Shown piece after piece: positions 4,887-5,595 of a stretch of 5,595 bases of DNA. The stretch is taken from positions 1 through 5,595 of the IMG/VR virus record IMGVR_UViG_3300045988_056721. One strand, given 5' to 3'. The notes below the pieces were generated by a model. It made no database searches and was not told where the DNA came from. It was given only the letters and a program-made list of their open reading frames with translations. This DNA comes from a virus. Each line of letters begins with the position of its first letter. Position 1 is the stretch's first letter. The translations under genes and the position numbers were made by a program.

Positions 4887-4915
4887 AACTTTTTGCAACT
4901 TTTTGCAACTTTTAC
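4887..4915. repeat. Tandem 10-bp direct repeats (about 2.9 copies; minus strand GTTGCAAAAA) abutting the -35 of P1 and the VP4 stop codon
   Basis: The plus strand reads aactttttgc aactttttgc aacttttac. The minus strand reads gtaaaaGTTGCaaaaaGTTGCaaaaaGTTtttgacaGTTGCtatc. The GTTGC motif and the A5 tracts recur with 10-bp (helical) phasing across 4920..4871. Confidence 0.85.
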
Positions 4916-5595
4916 AAACCTAAATTATCAAAATCACGTTCAAATTGTTCCTGCCGGTGCTTCATAATTTTTTCGCGAGCCGCAAGCCTATTAGTATCAA
5001 TGGTAGCAGCCTTAGCATTATCAGCCTTATTTTGCTTATATATACTATACCAAACGGGGTTACTGCGCTCAAAAAGTGTTTGATAATAACGAGGTATTTT
5101 ATATTTAGCTCCATTAATAGTTACAAAGCCAAGATTAAAAATATACTCAGAATAACGGCTGAAATAGTCTGCTCCTATACCAGGCTTAAGCGAACTGCCA
5201 ACAAACTCCGGACTAATACCGAGAGCATCATACATGCAGGCGTTCTTGCCGGTCTGCTTTTTGAGTGAATATTTAGCAACATAGCGGGCAGATTCAAAAG
5301 TAATAGCTCCAACAGTATTAAACCCATACGGCCAAAGTCGCTCCAACGTGGGAGAACGGAAAAGATTATAACCAGCTGTCAACGCCGAAATCTTCCGAAC
5401 GTCAGAAGGAAACCAACCAAAGCAAAGAATATGATAATGCGGCCTGCGGTTAAGGTTGCCATACTCACCGCAGCACAAAAAACGTATTTTAGAATTATCA
5501 TGATAATCTAAATAGCGACGAAGCCGCTTAAAAAAAAGCTGCAAATGGTCACGATGCAGCGAACAGTCAGCTGGAAGGCAATCATCGTTATAGGT
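4912..5595 (-). CDS. VP4: VP4 replication initiation protein, C-terminal 227 aa; the true start is at 380 across the circular junction
   Basis: The frame is open from the window end (5595) to TAA at 4914..4912. The track's 'M' at 5544 is an internal TTG (Leu) in ...HRDHLQLFFKRLRR.... HUH motif II is RPHYHILCFG (HYH at 5431..5439). Motif III with paired catalytic tyrosines is ARYVAKYSLKK (YVAKY at 5269..5283). The joined product is 314 aa. Confidence 0.95.
   Translation of the reverse strand, partial: TYNDDCLPADCSLHRDHLQLFFKRLRRYLDYHDNSKIRFLCCGEYGNLNRRPHYHILCFGWFPSDVRKISALTAGYNLFRSPTLERLWPYGFNTVGAITFESARYVAKYSLKKQTGKNACMYDALGISPEFVGSSLKPGIGADYFSRYSEYIFNLGFVTINGAKYKIPRYYQTLFERSNPVWYSIYKQNKADNAKAATIDTNRLAAREKIMKHRQEQFERDFDNLGL
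5477..5595. repeat. Terminal direct repeat, right copy, identical to 1..119
   Basis: See the left copy. The 119-nt identity at offset 5476 lies inside the VP4 coding sequence. Confidence 0.95.

Noticed and set aside
4887-4915. The 10-bp tandem repeat as a CRISPR array or minisatellite
   Set aside because: The units are contiguous with no spacers, number only about 3 copies and are 10 bp long. Their position abutting a promoter fits an UP-element or operator role instead.
4132-5268. Plus-strand track ORFs 4132..4335, 4269..4550, 4568..4807 and 4945..5268
   Set aside because: They are antisense to VP5-like, ORFan117 and VP4. They have low-complexity composition and no ribosome-binding sites, and 4132 uses a non-ATG start. 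Every supported gene in this genome is on the other strand.

Overview
The window is one complete circular ssDNA phage genome of the family Microviridae, gokushovirus-like, written as a linear contig with a terminal overlap. Bases 1..119 are identical to 5477..5595, so the unit genome is 5476 nt. All supportable genes lie on the minus strand, so the packaged viral strand is probably the reverse complement of what is shown. Order in the direction of transcription: VP4 rolling-circle replication initiator (314 aa, split across the window ends), a 117-aa Cys-rich ORFan, a VP5-like nonstructural protein, VP3 internal scaffold, VP1 major capsid (546 aa), VP2 pilot/minor capsid (265 aa), an 89-aa ORFan with an N-terminal hydrophobic helix, and a 37-aa Arg-rich J/ORF8-like DNA-binding peptide that is absent from the ORF track. 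Nearly every gene has a strong AAGGAG or GAGGTG Shine-Dalgarno. Two intergenic regions hold the non-coding signals. (i) A perfect TTGACA-17-TGgTATAAT promoter sits after the VP4 stop, inside 10-bp phased GTTGCAAAAA repeats. (ii) A second extended -10 promoter after VP5 is followed about 30 nt later by an intrinsic-terminator-like hairpin, all inside a 264-nt gap. (iii) Between VP3 and VP1 is a perfect 20-bp stem with an 8-nt loop. On the coding strand the loop reads ACTTGATA, the core of the phiX174 gene-A nick site as I recall it, making this a candidate plus-strand origin. No tRNA, rRNA, CRISPR or transposase signals were seen. Family assignments rest on motif recognition by eye, because no database search could be run.
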